NCBI GenBank assembly: GCA_965208575.1
Contig: CBDBOV010000002.1
Span: 640,001-704,000 of the forward strand
Direction of reading: 5' to 3'
DNA length: 64,000 nt
DNA from: Spirochaetia bacterium
Lineage (GTDB): Bacteria; Spirochaetota; Spirochaetia; SZUA-6; Bin103
Part shown: positions 29,837 through 41,602 of the stretch, one piece after another
How the letters are laid out: each line of letters starts with the position of its first letter
How positions within the stretch are numbered: the first letter of the stretch is position 1
Made by a program: the position numbers and the translations under genes
The notes under the pieces: generated by a model
Seen by the model: only the letters and a program-made list of their open reading frames with translations
What the model was told of the DNA's origin: nothing
Databases searched by the model: none

Positions 29837-30313
29837 TCACTGCTCCGCTTCCGCCTTCGTTGCAGCGTCCAGGGCGCGCATATACCGACCGCACCCGTTC
29901 CCCTCACTGGTGACTCGTCGCATCTTGTCGGTTTCGCCGTCCACCTCGGCGACGAGCCGGCAACGGTAGTTGTAAGTCGTTGTTCTGGTACCGTGCGTAG
30001 TTGATTGCCCCGTGTAGGTGTAGCTGTTGAACGTCTGCTGGTCGTACACCGTGCCCGTGTGGTATGTGGTGTTGGTGGAGGGAAGCGTTAAGTTGAAGTT
30101 GCCGGAGCGCTCCCATACGTACAGGGTCACGCCGTCCAAGTAGGCGATCGTCGCGGTCGGGTAGCCGATCGCGACGACCAGCGCAGTAACGCTACGCCCG
30201 TGGTAAGGGGCCAGCACCTCGGTGGCGGGGAGGGTGACGCACGCACCTAGCACACTAGCAGCCGCGAGTGTGACGAGCAGGCGGGAGGCCAAGCGGCGGT
30301 CATTCATGGTCAT
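29837..30313 (-). CDS. hypothetical lipoprotein
   Basis: Lipobox VLGAC; Thr-rich middle; G-x-P...YVW pattern; two C-terminal Cys. Confidence 0.65.
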   Translation of the reverse strand: MTMNDRRLASRLLVTLAAASVLGACVTLPATEVLAPYHGRSVTALVVAIGYPTATIAYLDGVTLYVWERSGNFNLTLPSTNTTYHTGTVYDQQTFNSYTYTGQSTTHGTRTTTYNYRCRLVAEVDGETDKMRRVTSEGNGCGRYMRALDAATKAEAEQ

Positions 30314-30568
30314 GTGCTCTATCCGGCCTTGCGCTCCGGTTCGGCCGCTCGTTCCGCAAGCTGGTATTGCTGCGCACGATCTCCAGGCAGCATAGCGCGA
30401 ATCGCGTTCAACTCGCCGCGCAACGTCAGCCTGTCCGTCAGTTCCGGCCACAGCGCGCATAGCGCGCCCCGTTCCTCGCCCGTCGCGCCCCTGTATAGCC
30501 TCGCATCGTTCATTTGCCGCCTCTCGATTTCCAGCGCCTGGCGGGGGGAACCCCGACGGGGTCGCTTA

Positions 30569-31378
30569 CTACAGGGCACTACACCGACGCACGTACTCGG
30601 TCCAAGCGGCACCGTCGTTGGGCTCTACGTCTACCACCCCGGTGCTGCCGTCAATGCTGAAGTGTAGATCCTCGTGGTGGCGGTGCAGCGTGGCGAAGCC
30701 ATTGGTCGCAACGTCCCGCATGTCCACCTTGCCAGTCATTCTGTTCACGTCGTGGAACAGTAAGGCCCAGTTCACCAGCACTGGTTCGGCATCATCATAC
30801 TCCCAGTGCTTGATCCACTTGAAGCGATCCGCGAGTCCGGCGACTTGGGCATCCACGCCAAACCCATACTCATCACCGGGATGATTGGCGAATCGTTCCT
30901 CAATGTAGGTGGTGGGATTGAAGTCGCCGGCGCGCAGGAGGTGGATGGTGATGCGCGTCGGTTCGTCGCACATGTGGGCCGCGTGGAACAAGCCCTCAAC
31001 CGTATTCCCGACGCCAGGCCCCCCTACGCAGTCGACAATGTGCCCCGTACCGTAGTCCCAATCAACGGCGAAGACGACGCACGCCCCGTACTCGCGCGCA
31101 TCGCGGAAACGGAAGTGCGTCAAATCGCTGAACCCTTCGGTGGCGCCGGCGCGCCGGCGCCCGCTGGCGTTGGCGAGCGGCTCGGCGACGGCGCCGTTCG
31201 GCAGGACCGACCACCGCTCCAGAAGCTCGGCCGCGCCGATCTCCCGGAATAACCGCTCCGGCTGGTTCGCCTCGGGCTGCTTCGGCGGCGGTTTGGTGGT
31301 GTCCACTACCTCATCGCAGCCGGCCAAAGCGACTATGGCGACCGTGGCCGCAACCAATGAGATGATCCTCGCCGTCAT
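30569..31378 (-). CDS. hypothetical lipoprotein
   Basis: Lipobox LAGC, GGAG RBS upstream, lower GC than the flanks. Confidence 0.7.
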   Translation of the reverse strand: MTARIISLVAATVAIVALAGCDEVVDTTKPPPKQPEANQPERLFREIGAAELLERWSVLPNGAVAEPLANASGRRRAGATEGFSDLTHFRFRDAREYGACVVFAVDWDYGTGHIVDCVGGPGVGNTVEGLFHAAHMCDEPTRITIHLLRAGDFNPTTYIEERFANHPGDEYGFGVDAQVAGLADRFKWIKHWEYDDAEPVLVNWALLFHDVNRMTGKVDMRDVATNGFATLHRHHEDLHFSIDGSTGVVDVEPNDGAAWTEYVRRCSAL

Positions 31379-31987
31379 TCATTCTCCCCGTGTGGCGCAG
31401 TTCTCGCGCCAGTGTGGTGCCGCAAACGTGCTCCGAAGTGCGCATCCTCGTCAGATACCCCTCGCACTGCGGCCAGAGATCCCCCACCTCCTTGGCAGGG
31501 TACTCTCCTGTGCCATCCTCTCAGTTCGCGAATACGAATATATCAGCTAGGATGGGGACAGATCGTGTAATTATAGTGTCACACTGTGGTTTTCCCGTGC
31601 ACCTTTTGTGAATAGCCAGTGCCGTGTGACAACTCCCAGCAGTGGCGAGCTACTCAAGGGTTCTGAGCGTCCGGCCAGCCGGGGGCAGGCTGTGAGGGAA
31701 GTGGCGAACAGCGGTTAAGTGCAACGGCGGTTACCGCGGTTACCGTGTCATATTCGAGGGACTGTTTCGTGGTTCCAGCTCAGAATGCAGGGGCTGGAGA
31801 ACACCGAGATCGCTCGGCTGACCAAGTGCGACCGCGCGCCCAACGTCCTGCGAGGGCTTCGTTCGCCTCCACCCCAGCCTACAATTCCTGCACTTGCCCG
31901 TCGGACAGTTCTGGATTCTGTCGCCCGTTACGGGTTCGCAACTTCCGGCCCGTCGTCGGTGTGGTCAACTACTTATGATACAGGGCG

Positions 31988-33280
31988 CTACCGCTGCTCC
32001 ATCGGCACGTAGGGGCGCTCGCGTTCGCCGGTGTAGATCTGCCGCGGGCGGGCGATGCGGTTCTGCGGGTCGTGGATCATCTCGGTCCAGTGCGCGATCC
32101 ACCCCGGCAGGCGGCCGATGGTGAACAGGGTGGTGAACATGTTTACCGGCACGCCGAGCGCCTGCAGGATGATGCCGGAGTAGAAGTCCACGTTGGGGTA
32201 CAGCTTGCGGGCGATGAAGTAGTCGTCGCGGAGGGCGATTTCCTCGAGCTGGACCGCGATGTCGAGCAGCGGGGTGGACACGCCGATCCGCTCCAGCACC
32301 TCGAAGCAGGCGCGCTTGAGGATGGTGGCGCGCGGATCGAAGTTCTTGTACACGCGGTGGCCGAAACCCATCAGGCGCATGCCGGCGCGCCTGTTCTTGA
32401 CCTTGTCCAGGAACTGCTGGCCGTCGTCCCCGGAAGCGTGAATCTGCTCCAGCATCTCCACCACCGCCTGGTTGGCGCCGCCGTGCAGCGGCCCCCACAG
32501 CGCGTGCACGCCGGCGGAAATGGCGGAGAACAGGTTGGCCTGCGAGCTGCCCACCATGCGCACCGTGCTCGCCGAGCAGTTCTGCTCGTGGTCGGCGTGC
32601 AGCAGGAAGATCAGGTCCATGGTGCGCGCCACCACCGGGTCCACCTCGTACTCCTCCGCCGGCGTCGCGAACATCATGTGCAGAAAGTTGGCGGCGTAGC
32701 CGAGCCGGTTCAGCGGCGACATGAGGGGCTGGCCCATGGTGTGCTTGTAGGAGTAGGCGACGATGGTCGGCACCTTGGCGATGAGCCGGTGGATGGCGAT
32801 CTCCATCTCCCGGTCGTTGGTGACCTGCATCGAGTCGGGATAGAAGGTGGACAGCGCGCCCACCACTGCCCCGGTCACCGCCATCGGGTGCGCATCGTGG
32901 GGAAACCCGGTATAGAACCGCTTCACGTACTCGTGAATCATGGTGTGGTTGGTGATGTGGCCGATGAAGGTGTCGAGCTCTTCCCGAGTCGGCAGTTCGC
33001 CCTCCATCAACAGCCACGCCGCCTCCAGGAAGGTGCTGTGCTCGGCCAGGTCCTCGATCGGGACGCCGCGGTAGCGCAGGATGCCGCGTTCACCGTCGAT
33101 GAAGGTGATGGCGCTGCTGCAGGAGCCGGTGTTGCCGTAGCCGGGATCCATGGTGATGACCCCCGCCGCGTTGCGCAGCCGGCTGATGTCCACCGCCACC
33201 TCGTTCTCGGTGCCGCGGATTATCGGCAGTTCGTAGCTGGATCCGTCTATCGTGAGTTGTGCCGTTCGTGTATCACCCAT
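31988..33280 (-). CDS. gltA: citrate synthase
   Basis: LHADHEQNCS, GPLHGGAN, GFGHRVYK, YPNVDFYSG. Confidence 0.97.
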   Translation of the reverse strand: MGDTRTAQLTIDGSSYELPIIRGTENEVAVDISRLRNAAGVITMDPGYGNTGSCSSAITFIDGERGILRYRGVPIEDLAEHSTFLEAAWLLMEGELPTREELDTFIGHITNHTMIHEYVKRFYTGFPHDAHPMAVTGAVVGALSTFYPDSMQVTNDREMEIAIHRLIAKVPTIVAYSYKHTMGQPLMSPLNRLGYAANFLHMMFATPAEEYEVDPVVARTMDLIFLLHADHEQNCSASTVRMVGSSQANLFSAISAGVHALWGPLHGGANQAVVEMLEQIHASGDDGQQFLDKVKNRRAGMRLMGFGHRVYKNFDPRATILKRACFEVLERIGVSTPLLDIAVQLEEIALRDDYFIARKLYPNVDFYSGIILQALGVPVNMFTTLFTIGRLPGWIAHWTEMIHDPQNRIARPRQIYTGERERPYVPMEQR

Positions 33281-33347
33281 CGCCAACACTCTGTAATATA
33301 CGCCCTCCCCAACGGCCGGTCAGCACCGCTGTTCAGCAAGCAGCGGG

Positions 33348-34739
33348 TCACCCTCCAGCGGGCAGGCGCACGGTGAACGTGCTGCCGCGGCCCGGCGTGC
33401 TGCGTACCGTTACCTCGCCGGCGTGCGCCTGGGCTATGTGCTTGACGATCGCCAATCCGAGGCCGGTGCCGCCGGAGTCGCGGCTGCGTGCGGCATCGAC
33501 GCGGTAGAAGCGTTCGAAGATGCGTTGCTGGTGCTCCGGCGCGATGCCGATGCCGGTGTCGATCACCTCGATCAGCACGGCGCCGTCGCGGCGCAGGCCG
33601 CGCACCGAGACGCGGGTGTCGCGGCTGCTGTACCGGATCGCATTGTCGACCAGGTTGGTGACCGCCTGCTCGACCAGCAGGGCGTTCATGCGCACGGTCA
33701 GCCCGGCATCGCACGCCTCGTGCAGCGCCACGCCGCGTGCCTCGGCGGTGCGCCGGCACGACAGCACCGCCGCCGACATCACCGGGGCCAGGAGCGCATC
33801 CTCGAACCTGATGCCGGAGCGGTCCTCGGCACGTTCGATGTCCGCCAGCAGCAGCAGGTCGTCGATGATCGCGCTCACCCGCGCCGAGTGCTTGTGAATG
33901 ATCTCCAGGAAGTGGCGCGCTTCCGGTTCGGGGCACAGGTCGCCGTCGAGCAGGGTCTCGGCAAAGCCGCTGACCAGCGTGAACGGCGTGCGCAACTCGT
34001 GAGACACGTTGTCCACGAAGTCGCGCCGCACCTGTTCCAGGTGGCGCAGGCGGGTGACGTCGTGCAGCACCACCAGGGCGCCGCGCTCGCCGCCGGCGGC
34101 GTTGGCACGCCGGCCGTGTGCCTGCAGCCAGCGTGTTTCGGTACCGTGAATCGGGATGTCCACGTCGGCGTCCTCGCCGCGCAGCGCCTGTTGCGCCACC
34201 GCTGCCAGTCCGTACCGGTCGACTACCTGCGCCGCCCCGGCCGCCTCCCGGCCGGCGCCGGTGCGGGCGTTCCCGTCCGCTTCGCGCGCGCTTCCATGCC
34301 GTGCCTCCGCGGCCACACCGAGCATCGTCATTCCCGCGCGGTTGATGTCCAGCAAAGCTCCGTCGCCGTCGAACACCAACACCCCGTGCGGCAGGTCGCC
34401 GATTACCGCCCGCAGGCGCTGATGGGAACGTTCGAGACGCGCCATGCGCTCGCGGACCTGCGCGGCCAGTACGTCCAGCGGAGGCTCGCCAGGCGGTTCC
34501 GTCCGGGCGGCGTCGGTCAGCAGACGGGCGCCGCGCGCCGCCGGGCCGGCGTACCGGCGCCACAGCAGGCGCGCCGCAACGGCGGCCGAGCCGGCCACGA
34601 CCAGCACCCCCGCCACGGTCGCCGCGGCATGCTGCAGGGCGTGTACGGCGGCCCCCGCCGCCGCCGCCACGACCGCCAGCGCGACCGCGATGACCGCGGC
34701 TCCGGCGGGTCGAGCGGGGCTGAGAAGTGCGCGCGGCAC
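33348..34739 (-). CDS. PhoR-like sensor histidine kinase
   Basis: Two N-terminal TM segments, PAS region, H-box NVSHELRTP, NLVDNAIRY, FERFYRVD, GTGLGLAIVKH. Confidence 0.88.
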   Translation of the reverse strand: MPRALLSPARPAGAAVIAVALAVVAAAAGAAVHALQHAAATVAGVLVVAGSAAVAARLLWRRYAGPAARGARLLTDAARTEPPGEPPLDVLAAQVRERMARLERSHQRLRAVIGDLPHGVLVFDGDGALLDINRAGMTMLGVAAEARHGSAREADGNARTGAGREAAGAAQVVDRYGLAAVAQQALRGEDADVDIPIHGTETRWLQAHGRRANAAGGERGALVVLHDVTRLRHLEQVRRDFVDNVSHELRTPFTLVSGFAETLLDGDLCPEPEARHFLEIIHKHSARVSAIIDDLLLLADIERAEDRSGIRFEDALLAPVMSAAVLSCRRTAEARGVALHEACDAGLTVRMNALLVEQAVTNLVDNAIRYSSRDTRVSVRGLRRDGAVLIEVIDTGIGIAPEHQQRIFERFYRVDAARSRDSGGTGLGLAIVKHIAQAHAGEVTVRSTPGRGSTFTVRLPAGG

Positions 34740-34820
34740 GCCGGTTAGCTGATTGCAGCCGGTGGCGGCCGGCGGGACCGATCGCCGCTCGAGCGCAGTC
34801 GGTGTTTCGCCACTGGCCTG

Positions 34821-35519
34821 CTAGACGGTGGCGTCCTGGAAGCGGTAGCCGACGCCGCGCACGGTCTCGATGAGCTGGCTGCCGGCGCCCAGCTTCTTGC
34901 GCACCCCGGCGATCAGCACGTCGATGGAGCGGTCGGTCACCGGGTAGTCGGGTCCATGCACCGCGGCGACGAGCTGGTTGCGCGTAAACACCCAGCCGGC
35001 GTGGCTGGCCAGGAACTGCAGCACCGAGAACTCGGTGGCGGTCAGGCGCACCGCCCGTCCGCTGACCTTGACCTCGCGCCGGCCCGGATGGATGGTCAGC
35101 GCGCCCACGGTCAGCGGCGCCTGCCGGTCGTGCACCTCCGTGCCGTGCCGGCGCAGTACCGCCTTGATGCGCGCTATGAGCACGCGCGGGCTGAACGGCT
35201 TGGTGACGTAGTCCTCGGCGCCCTGTTCCAGGCCGGCGATGATGTCGGCCTCCTCACCCTTGGCGGTGACCATCACGATCGGCACGCCGCGGGTCAGCAC
35301 GTTGGATTTCAGGATCTGGCACAGCGCCAGCCCGTCCATGCCCGGCAGCATGAGATCGACCAGGATCAGCAGCGGCGTGCGGTCCGCCACCAGCCGCAGC
35401 GCCTCCTCCGCGGAGCGGGCGGCGGCGGTCACGAATCCCTCCCGCCCGCAGTTGAAGCGGATCAGCTCCATGATGTCGGCGTCATCCTCGACGACCAGGA
35501 TGTGATCGGGCTTGGGCAT
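34821..35519 (-). CDS. OmpR/PhoB family response regulator
   Basis: VVEDD, DLMLPGMDG, KPFSPR, IETVRGVGY. Confidence 0.92.
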   Translation of the reverse strand: MPKPDHILVVEDDADIMELIRFNCGREGFVTAAARSAEEALRLVADRTPLLILVDLMLPGMDGLALCQILKSNVLTRGVPIVMVTAKGEEADIIAGLEQGAEDYVTKPFSPRVLIARIKAVLRRHGTEVHDRQAPLTVGALTIHPGRREVKVSGRAVRLTATEFSVLQFLASHAGWVFTRNQLVAAVHGPDYPVTDRSIDVLIAGVRKKLGAGSQLIETVRGVGYRFQDATV

Positions 35520-35558
35520 GTCTGCCGAGATCAATCCATCCGGGCGCCGGGTCCGCCG

Positions 35559-36764
35559 TCAGGGCGCATGTGTCGCCGGCAGCCGGGATCCCTTCCATTC
35601 GGCGCGCACGCCGGCTATGGCGAGTGCCGTGATGTACGCGTAGAACCCCATGAAGAACAGGGTATACGGTACCACCCGGGCCAGGGCGCGGCGCCGGCGC
35701 GGGTGGTACAGCGCCGCGGCCAGGGCAGCCAGCGTGCCGATGCTCACCAGCGAGGTAAGCGGCCACACCGCCAGCCACGGCACCAGCAGCGCGAACGGAG
35801 CGGCCGCCACGCTGAGGATCAGGAACAGGGTGACGTAGCGGTAGCCCCAGGCCGCGGCAGGGTCGTTGCTGTAAAAGGCGCCGCCGTTCCAGCGCACGTG
35901 CTGATTGATGAACGCGCGCCAGTCGGGCTGCGGCTCGGTGGTGACCATCGTCTCGGCAAGCGTGGAGGCGCGCACCTTCCAGCCGGCGCGGCTGGCGGCG
36001 CCGATCAGCGCGGCATCTTCGGTAATGGTGTAACCGAGCGAGCGGAATCCGCCGATCCCGGCCAGCACGGGCGCGCGCAGCGCCAGGTTGTTGCCGAAGC
36101 AGCCGGTCGGCTGGCCCAGCCCGGCGGTGCCGGTCGAGTACTGGTGCACCAGCGGCTGGTCGAACGCCTGGTAGCGGTCGGTAAAGCGGTTCCCGCCGCT
36201 GCCGCTGTCGTCGGGAGGCTGCACTGCCAGTTGGCCGAACACCACGCCGGTCCGGCCGCCGGCGTCGGCGGTGAAATAGGCGGTGAGCCGTTCCACCCAG
36301 GTCGCCGGCACCGTGCAGTCGGCATCGGTGAACAGCAGCAGTTCACCGGCTGCCGCGGCCACGCCGAGGTCCAGCGCCTGCTGCTTGCCGGTGCAGCCCT
36401 CCGGCGGCCGCCGGTTGCGCACCACCCGTACCGGGTAGGGTGCCGCGGCGCGGTGGCGTTCCATGATGGCGGCGGTGGCGTCGGTCGACCGGTCGTCGAC
36501 CAGGACCAGCTCGAAGGCGCTGGTGGTCTGCGCCGCCAGCGAGCCGAGCAGCCGCGGCAATGCCTGTTCCTCGTTCATGGCGGCCACCACCACCGATACC
36601 GGCGGAGCAGTCCGCCTTCCGATGGGGCGCCGCCGCCGCCGTGCTTCGTCGCGGCGGTCGCGCAGGCGCGCCGCCAGCACGCCGGCGGCCAGGGTGCCGT
36701 GGGTAAGCAGCATGGAGGCGCACAGCGCGAGCACGGCCCACTGCAGCGCGCCGGCCACGGTCAT
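35559..36764 (-). CDS. family 2 glycosyltransferase, membrane-bound
   Basis: VDDRSTD, FTDADC, TED and QHVRW motifs; terminal TM helices. Confidence 0.9.
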   Translation of the reverse strand: MTVAGALQWAVLALCASMLLTHGTLAAGVLAARLRDRRDEARRRRRPIGRRTAPPVSVVVAAMNEEQALPRLLGSLAAQTTSAFELVLVDDRSTDATAAIMERHRAAAPYPVRVVRNRRPPEGCTGKQQALDLGVAAAAGELLLFTDADCTVPATWVERLTAYFTADAGGRTGVVFGQLAVQPPDDSGSGGNRFTDRYQAFDQPLVHQYSTGTAGLGQPTGCFGNNLALRAPVLAGIGGFRSLGYTITEDAALIGAASRAGWKVRASTLAETMVTTEPQPDWRAFINQHVRWNGGAFYSNDPAAAWGYRYVTLFLILSVAAAPFALLVPWLAVWPLTSLVSIGTLAALAAALYHPRRRRALARVVPYTLFFMGFYAYITALAIAGVRAEWKGSRLPATHAP

Positions 36765-38641
36765 GGCAGGGCGCGCTCCAGCGACCGGTTCAGGCGCGAT
36801 GCAAACGCCACCGGATCGGCGAGTTGTGCGCCTTCGATCAGCAGCGCCTGTTCCAGCAGCAGGTGGCTGGTATCCGCCACCACCTCGTCCTCGCCCCGCT
36901 TCAGCAGCGCATCGAGCTTGGCCACGATCGGGTGGGTCGGGTTGACCTCCAGGACCGGCTGAAACTTCTCCGCCTCCTGCCCGAGTGCGCGCAGCACCCC
37001 CTGCATCGACACCGTCGGGTCGTTGGCATCCGCCACGATGCAGCTCGGCGAGTCGGTCAGCCGGGCGCTCGCCTTCACTTCTTTCACGGCGTCGCCGAGC
37101 ACCTCGGCAATCCGCTTCAGGAGCGGGTCCAGCTCCTTCTCCTGCTGCTCGCTGTCGGCGGTCTTCAGGTCGTCGGCCGTGTCGCTGCGGTTCACGGACT
37201 TCAACTCATGATCCTCGAACGTGCCGATGGTCGGGATCACGAACCCGTCGATCTCGTCATCCATCAGCAGCACTTCGATCTGCTGCGCGCGGTACACCTC
37301 CAGCAGCGGCGAGTGGCGCAGGTTGGCGCCGCGCTCCCCGGTGATGAAGTAGATCGCCTTCTGATCCTCGCCCATCCGCTCCACGTACTCCTTCAGGCTG
37401 GTCAGGCCGTCGTGGGCGGTGGTGCGAAATCGCACCAGCTCCAGCAGCGCGTCGCGGTTGGCGAAGTCCTGGTACAGGCCCTCCTTGAGCGGGCGCCCGA
37501 ACTCCGTGATGAAGGTGTCGTAGAGTTCGGGGTTGTTGGTCAGGTCGCGGAACTCGGACAGCAGTTTCTTGACCGATGCGTGGCGGATGCTGGTCAGGAG
37601 GCGGTTCTGCTGCAGAATCTCGCGGCTCACGTTGAGCGGCAGGTCCTCGGAGTCGATTACGCCGCGTACGAAGCGCAGGTAGGCAGGCAGCAACTCCTTG
37701 TTGTCGTCGGTGATGAACACCCGCTTCACGTACAGCTTCACGCCGGGCTGGTAGTCGGCGTAGTACAGGTCGGGCGGCGCCTTCCTGGGGATGAAGAACA
37801 GGGTGGTGTACTCCTGGGTGCCCTCGGCGCGGGTGTGCACGTAGTGCAGCGGGTCTTCCTGGTCGTAGCTCAGGCCGCGGTAGAACTCGAAGTAGTCCTC
37901 GTCGGCCAGCTCCGACTTGGGGCGCTGCCAGAGCGCGCTGGCGGCGTTGATCTGCTCGCTATGCTGTTCTTCCTTCTTGTCGCGCGTCTCGGTGTAGTGC
38001 AGGTGGATCGGGTAGGGGATGTGGTTGGAGTACTTCTTGATCACCTCTTCGATCTGCCAGCGCGCGGCGAACTCGGCGCCTTCCTCGTTCAGGTGCAGGG
38101 TCACGGTGGTGCCGGCGCCGGTGCGCTCCGCCGGGGAGATTTCGAACGAGCCGCGCCCGTTGCTCACCCAGCGCTGCGCCTGCTCCTCGCCGGCGCTCAG
38201 GCTGAGCACCTCGACGCGGTCGGCCACCATGAAGCTGGAGTAGAAGCCGACGCCGAACTGGCCGATCAGGTTGGCGTCGCCGGGGTGGCCCTCCTTGGCA
38301 TCCTTGGCCTTCGCCTGCATGGCGTCCAGGAACCGCCTGGTGCCGGAGCGGGCGATGGTGCCCAGGTTGTCGCGCAGTTCGTCGGCGTTCATGCCGATGC
38401 CGCTGTCCGCCACCGTCAGCGTCTTCGGTTTGCTCTCGGAATCGAACGAGATGTCGACCCGCGGCGTAAACGGCACCCCCTTGAAGTCCTCGTCGGTCAG
38501 GGTCAGGTAACGCAGCTTGTCCAGCGCGTCCGAGGCGTTGGACACCAGTTCGCGCAGGAAGATCTCCTTGTGCGAGTACAGCGAGTGGATGATGAGGTCG
38601 AGCAGTTGGCTGACCTCGGTCTTGAATCGGTGCTTGGCCAT
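36761..38641 (-). CDS. htpG: chaperone HtpG (Hsp90)
   Basis: [36 protein letters not shown]. Confidence 0.97.
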
Positions 38642-38708
38642 TCGTTCCGTCTCGTCCTTAGTTCATGGATTCAGTGGGTCGTGCCGCCGGCTCGGCGCGG
38701 CGCCGCGG

Positions 38709-39771
<1,063 letters not shown>

Positions 39772-39773
<2 letters not shown>

Positions 39774-39859
39774 GAGGCTGTACGGTCACTCCGTGACATA
39801 GAAGACGATGAATACCGATGCCGAAGCATCGGCCGCCGGCCGGCTTTTTCGGACCAGGC
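39772..39859 (+). repeat. dispersed 88-bp intergenic element, copy A
   Basis: Ungapped match, about 71/88 identical by eye, to the reverse complement of 48656-48743. Confidence 0.85.
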
Positions 39860-39923
39860 GCACCCTGAAAGTACGAAGCCACCCTCCCCCCGGTCAAACC
39901 GGCGTACCGGTACTTGAGCGCTT

Positions 39924-39958
39924 GTAACCCGTTACGTGACATGTTACGCTACGTTACG
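39924..39958. promoter_or_regulatory. putative HigA operator region
   Basis: GTAAC-CC-GTTAC inverted repeat plus further GTTACG copies at 39943 and 39953, directly before higB. Confidence 0.55.
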
Positions 39959-39960
39959 AG

Positions 39961-40239
39961 GTGATCAAGGGCTTCAAGCACAAGGGGCTGCAACGGTTCT
40001 TCGAGACTGGGAGCAAGCGGGGCATCCAGCCCAAGCATGCAAACCAACTCAGGGACATTCTGGCATCTCTGGATTCCGCCAAGTCTCCGCGAGACATGGG
40101 GGCTCCCAGCTTTCGTTTGCATCTATTGGAACCTCGCGACGCGTCCATCTGGTCGGTGTATGTTGCCAAGAATTGGAGTGTTGACTTCCGCTTCGTTGGC
40201 GAACATGTCGAATCAGTCGACTACGTTGATCACCATTAG
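39961..40239 (+). CDS. higB: HigB-family (RelE/ParE superfamily) toxin
   Basis: MIKGFKHKGL..FF..G, RLH.L, WSV.V..NW, VDYVDHH. Confidence 0.88.
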   Translation: MIKGFKHKGLQRFFETGSKRGIQPKHANQLRDILASLDSAKSPRDMGAPSFRLHLLEPRDASIWSVYVAKNWSVDFRFVGEHVESVDYVDHH

Positions 40240-40248
40240 GGGGTAGTG

Positions 40249-40539
40249 ATGAGAATGCATGATCCTCCCCATCCGGGCGGCGTCTTGCGAAGACAGTGGA
40301 TCGAGCCATTGGGTGTTTCCATTACCCAGGCAGCCAAGCGTCTCGGTGTATCCCGCAAGGCGCTCTCCGAACTTGTCAACGAACATACCGGGATCAGTCC
40401 CGAGATGGCGGTGAGGCTCTCCATTGCCTTGGATACCAGTTCCGAGCTGTGGATGAACATGCAGGCCAGCTATGACTTGTGGCATGCCGAGCAGCGTCGG
40501 GACGATCTCACCGTTGCATCTCTGGTTGCGGCGCAGTGA
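40249..40539 (+). CDS. higA: HigA antitoxin (HTH)
   Basis: [28 protein letters not shown]. Confidence 0.93.
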   Translation: MRMHDPPHPGGVLRRQWIEPLGVSITQAAKRLGVSRKALSELVNEHTGISPEMAVRLSIALDTSSELWMNMQASYDLWHAEQRRDDLTVASLVAAQ

Positions 40540-40941
40540 GCGTCTGACAGTGCCGCCGGTGGCTGCCGGTCTTGCGGGCGGTGCTGCTGCAGAATCCCGG
40601 TGCGCCTGCTCCACGCTTGGGAGGGACGGGGAGGGGCGGAGAAGGACTGTCGTGGGTAGCTGCCGGCCTATATACTTCGCGCTGTGTCCGGGTCCGTGTC
40701 GGTCCAATCGCTCGTACCCCAGTCGCTGCGCGATCTGACTGATCCATCACGCGATCTTCCGCGGTTGGCAAGTTGACGCTGCGCGGCCTGCGGAACGTCC
40801 TGGTCAAGGTCGATTTCGGCTTGGGCCCTGCAATCCAGGCACGCTCGCAACCGTTCGAGGCGTTCTTCGACACTTTGATCGAGCAGGTCTCGGTCAGAAA
40901 CCCCAACGCGGTCAGGACTGACTGATCGCCGTGGTCTGCGT

Positions 40942-41469
40942 CTATGCCTTCTCGGCATGGTGGCGGAGGGAGGGGAGGAGGGCTTGCAGGTAGCGGGCGA
41001 CGTCCCGGTGTTCGGCGAGCAGGCGGGCGACGGCGGCGTCGATGGCGGTGCGCAGGGACGGCGGCGTGGCGGCGGGGATTTCGTGGCGGTCGAGGATGCG
41101 GGGGGCGGCGTGGGGGGCGAACAGGATGTCCACCCACAGGTCGCGCCAGTCGAAACGGTGCGCGGCCAGCGATACCTGGTCGCAGATGTTGAAGTAGAGG
41201 GCGCGCGGCGCGGACAGGTCGGGCGCCATCCAGGCGTACAGGTTGTACGGGCGGTGCTCCCAGAACAGGCCGAAGGTCACGGTGCCGCGCGGCAGGTAGA
41301 TGCCGTCGACGGCGTAGGCGCGGTCGCTGACGAAGTGCAGCACGCCGTGGCCGGGGCGCAGCAGCAGCACGCGGGAGCGGAACCGGTTGCGTCGCCCGTC
41401 GGGATAGCGCTTCTCTTCGTGGCACCAGCGCGGGTAGCGGCGGACGTTGCGATCGGCGTGACGGTTCAT
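40942..41469 (-). CDS. DUF402 domain protein
   Basis: FWEHRPYN, LYFNI, WRDLWVDI motifs. Confidence 0.7.
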   Translation of the reverse strand: MNRHADRNVRRYPRWCHEEKRYPDGRRNRFRSRVLLLRPGHGVLHFVSDRAYAVDGIYLPRGTVTFGLFWEHRPYNLYAWMAPDLSAPRALYFNICDQVSLAAHRFDWRDLWVDILFAPHAAPRILDRHEIPAATPPSLRTAIDAAVARLLAEHRDVARYLQALLPSLRHHAEKA

Positions 41470-41602
41470 GCGGCCTCCTTCTGCGCGGCGCCGCCGCGCG
41501 CACCGCGGCGGGCTGCGGCGCTGCCGGATGCGCCGGCGCTCGGTACCGGCACGGCTGGAACGCGGCTCACGGCCAGCCCTGCACCTCGCATGCCGCGGCC
41601 GG

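Noticed and set aside
39774-39920. T-box or attenuator upstream of trpS (and of metG)
   Set aside because: No T-box consensus, Trp-codon leader peptide or U-tailed terminator is visible; the region is occupied by the dispersed 88-bp element.
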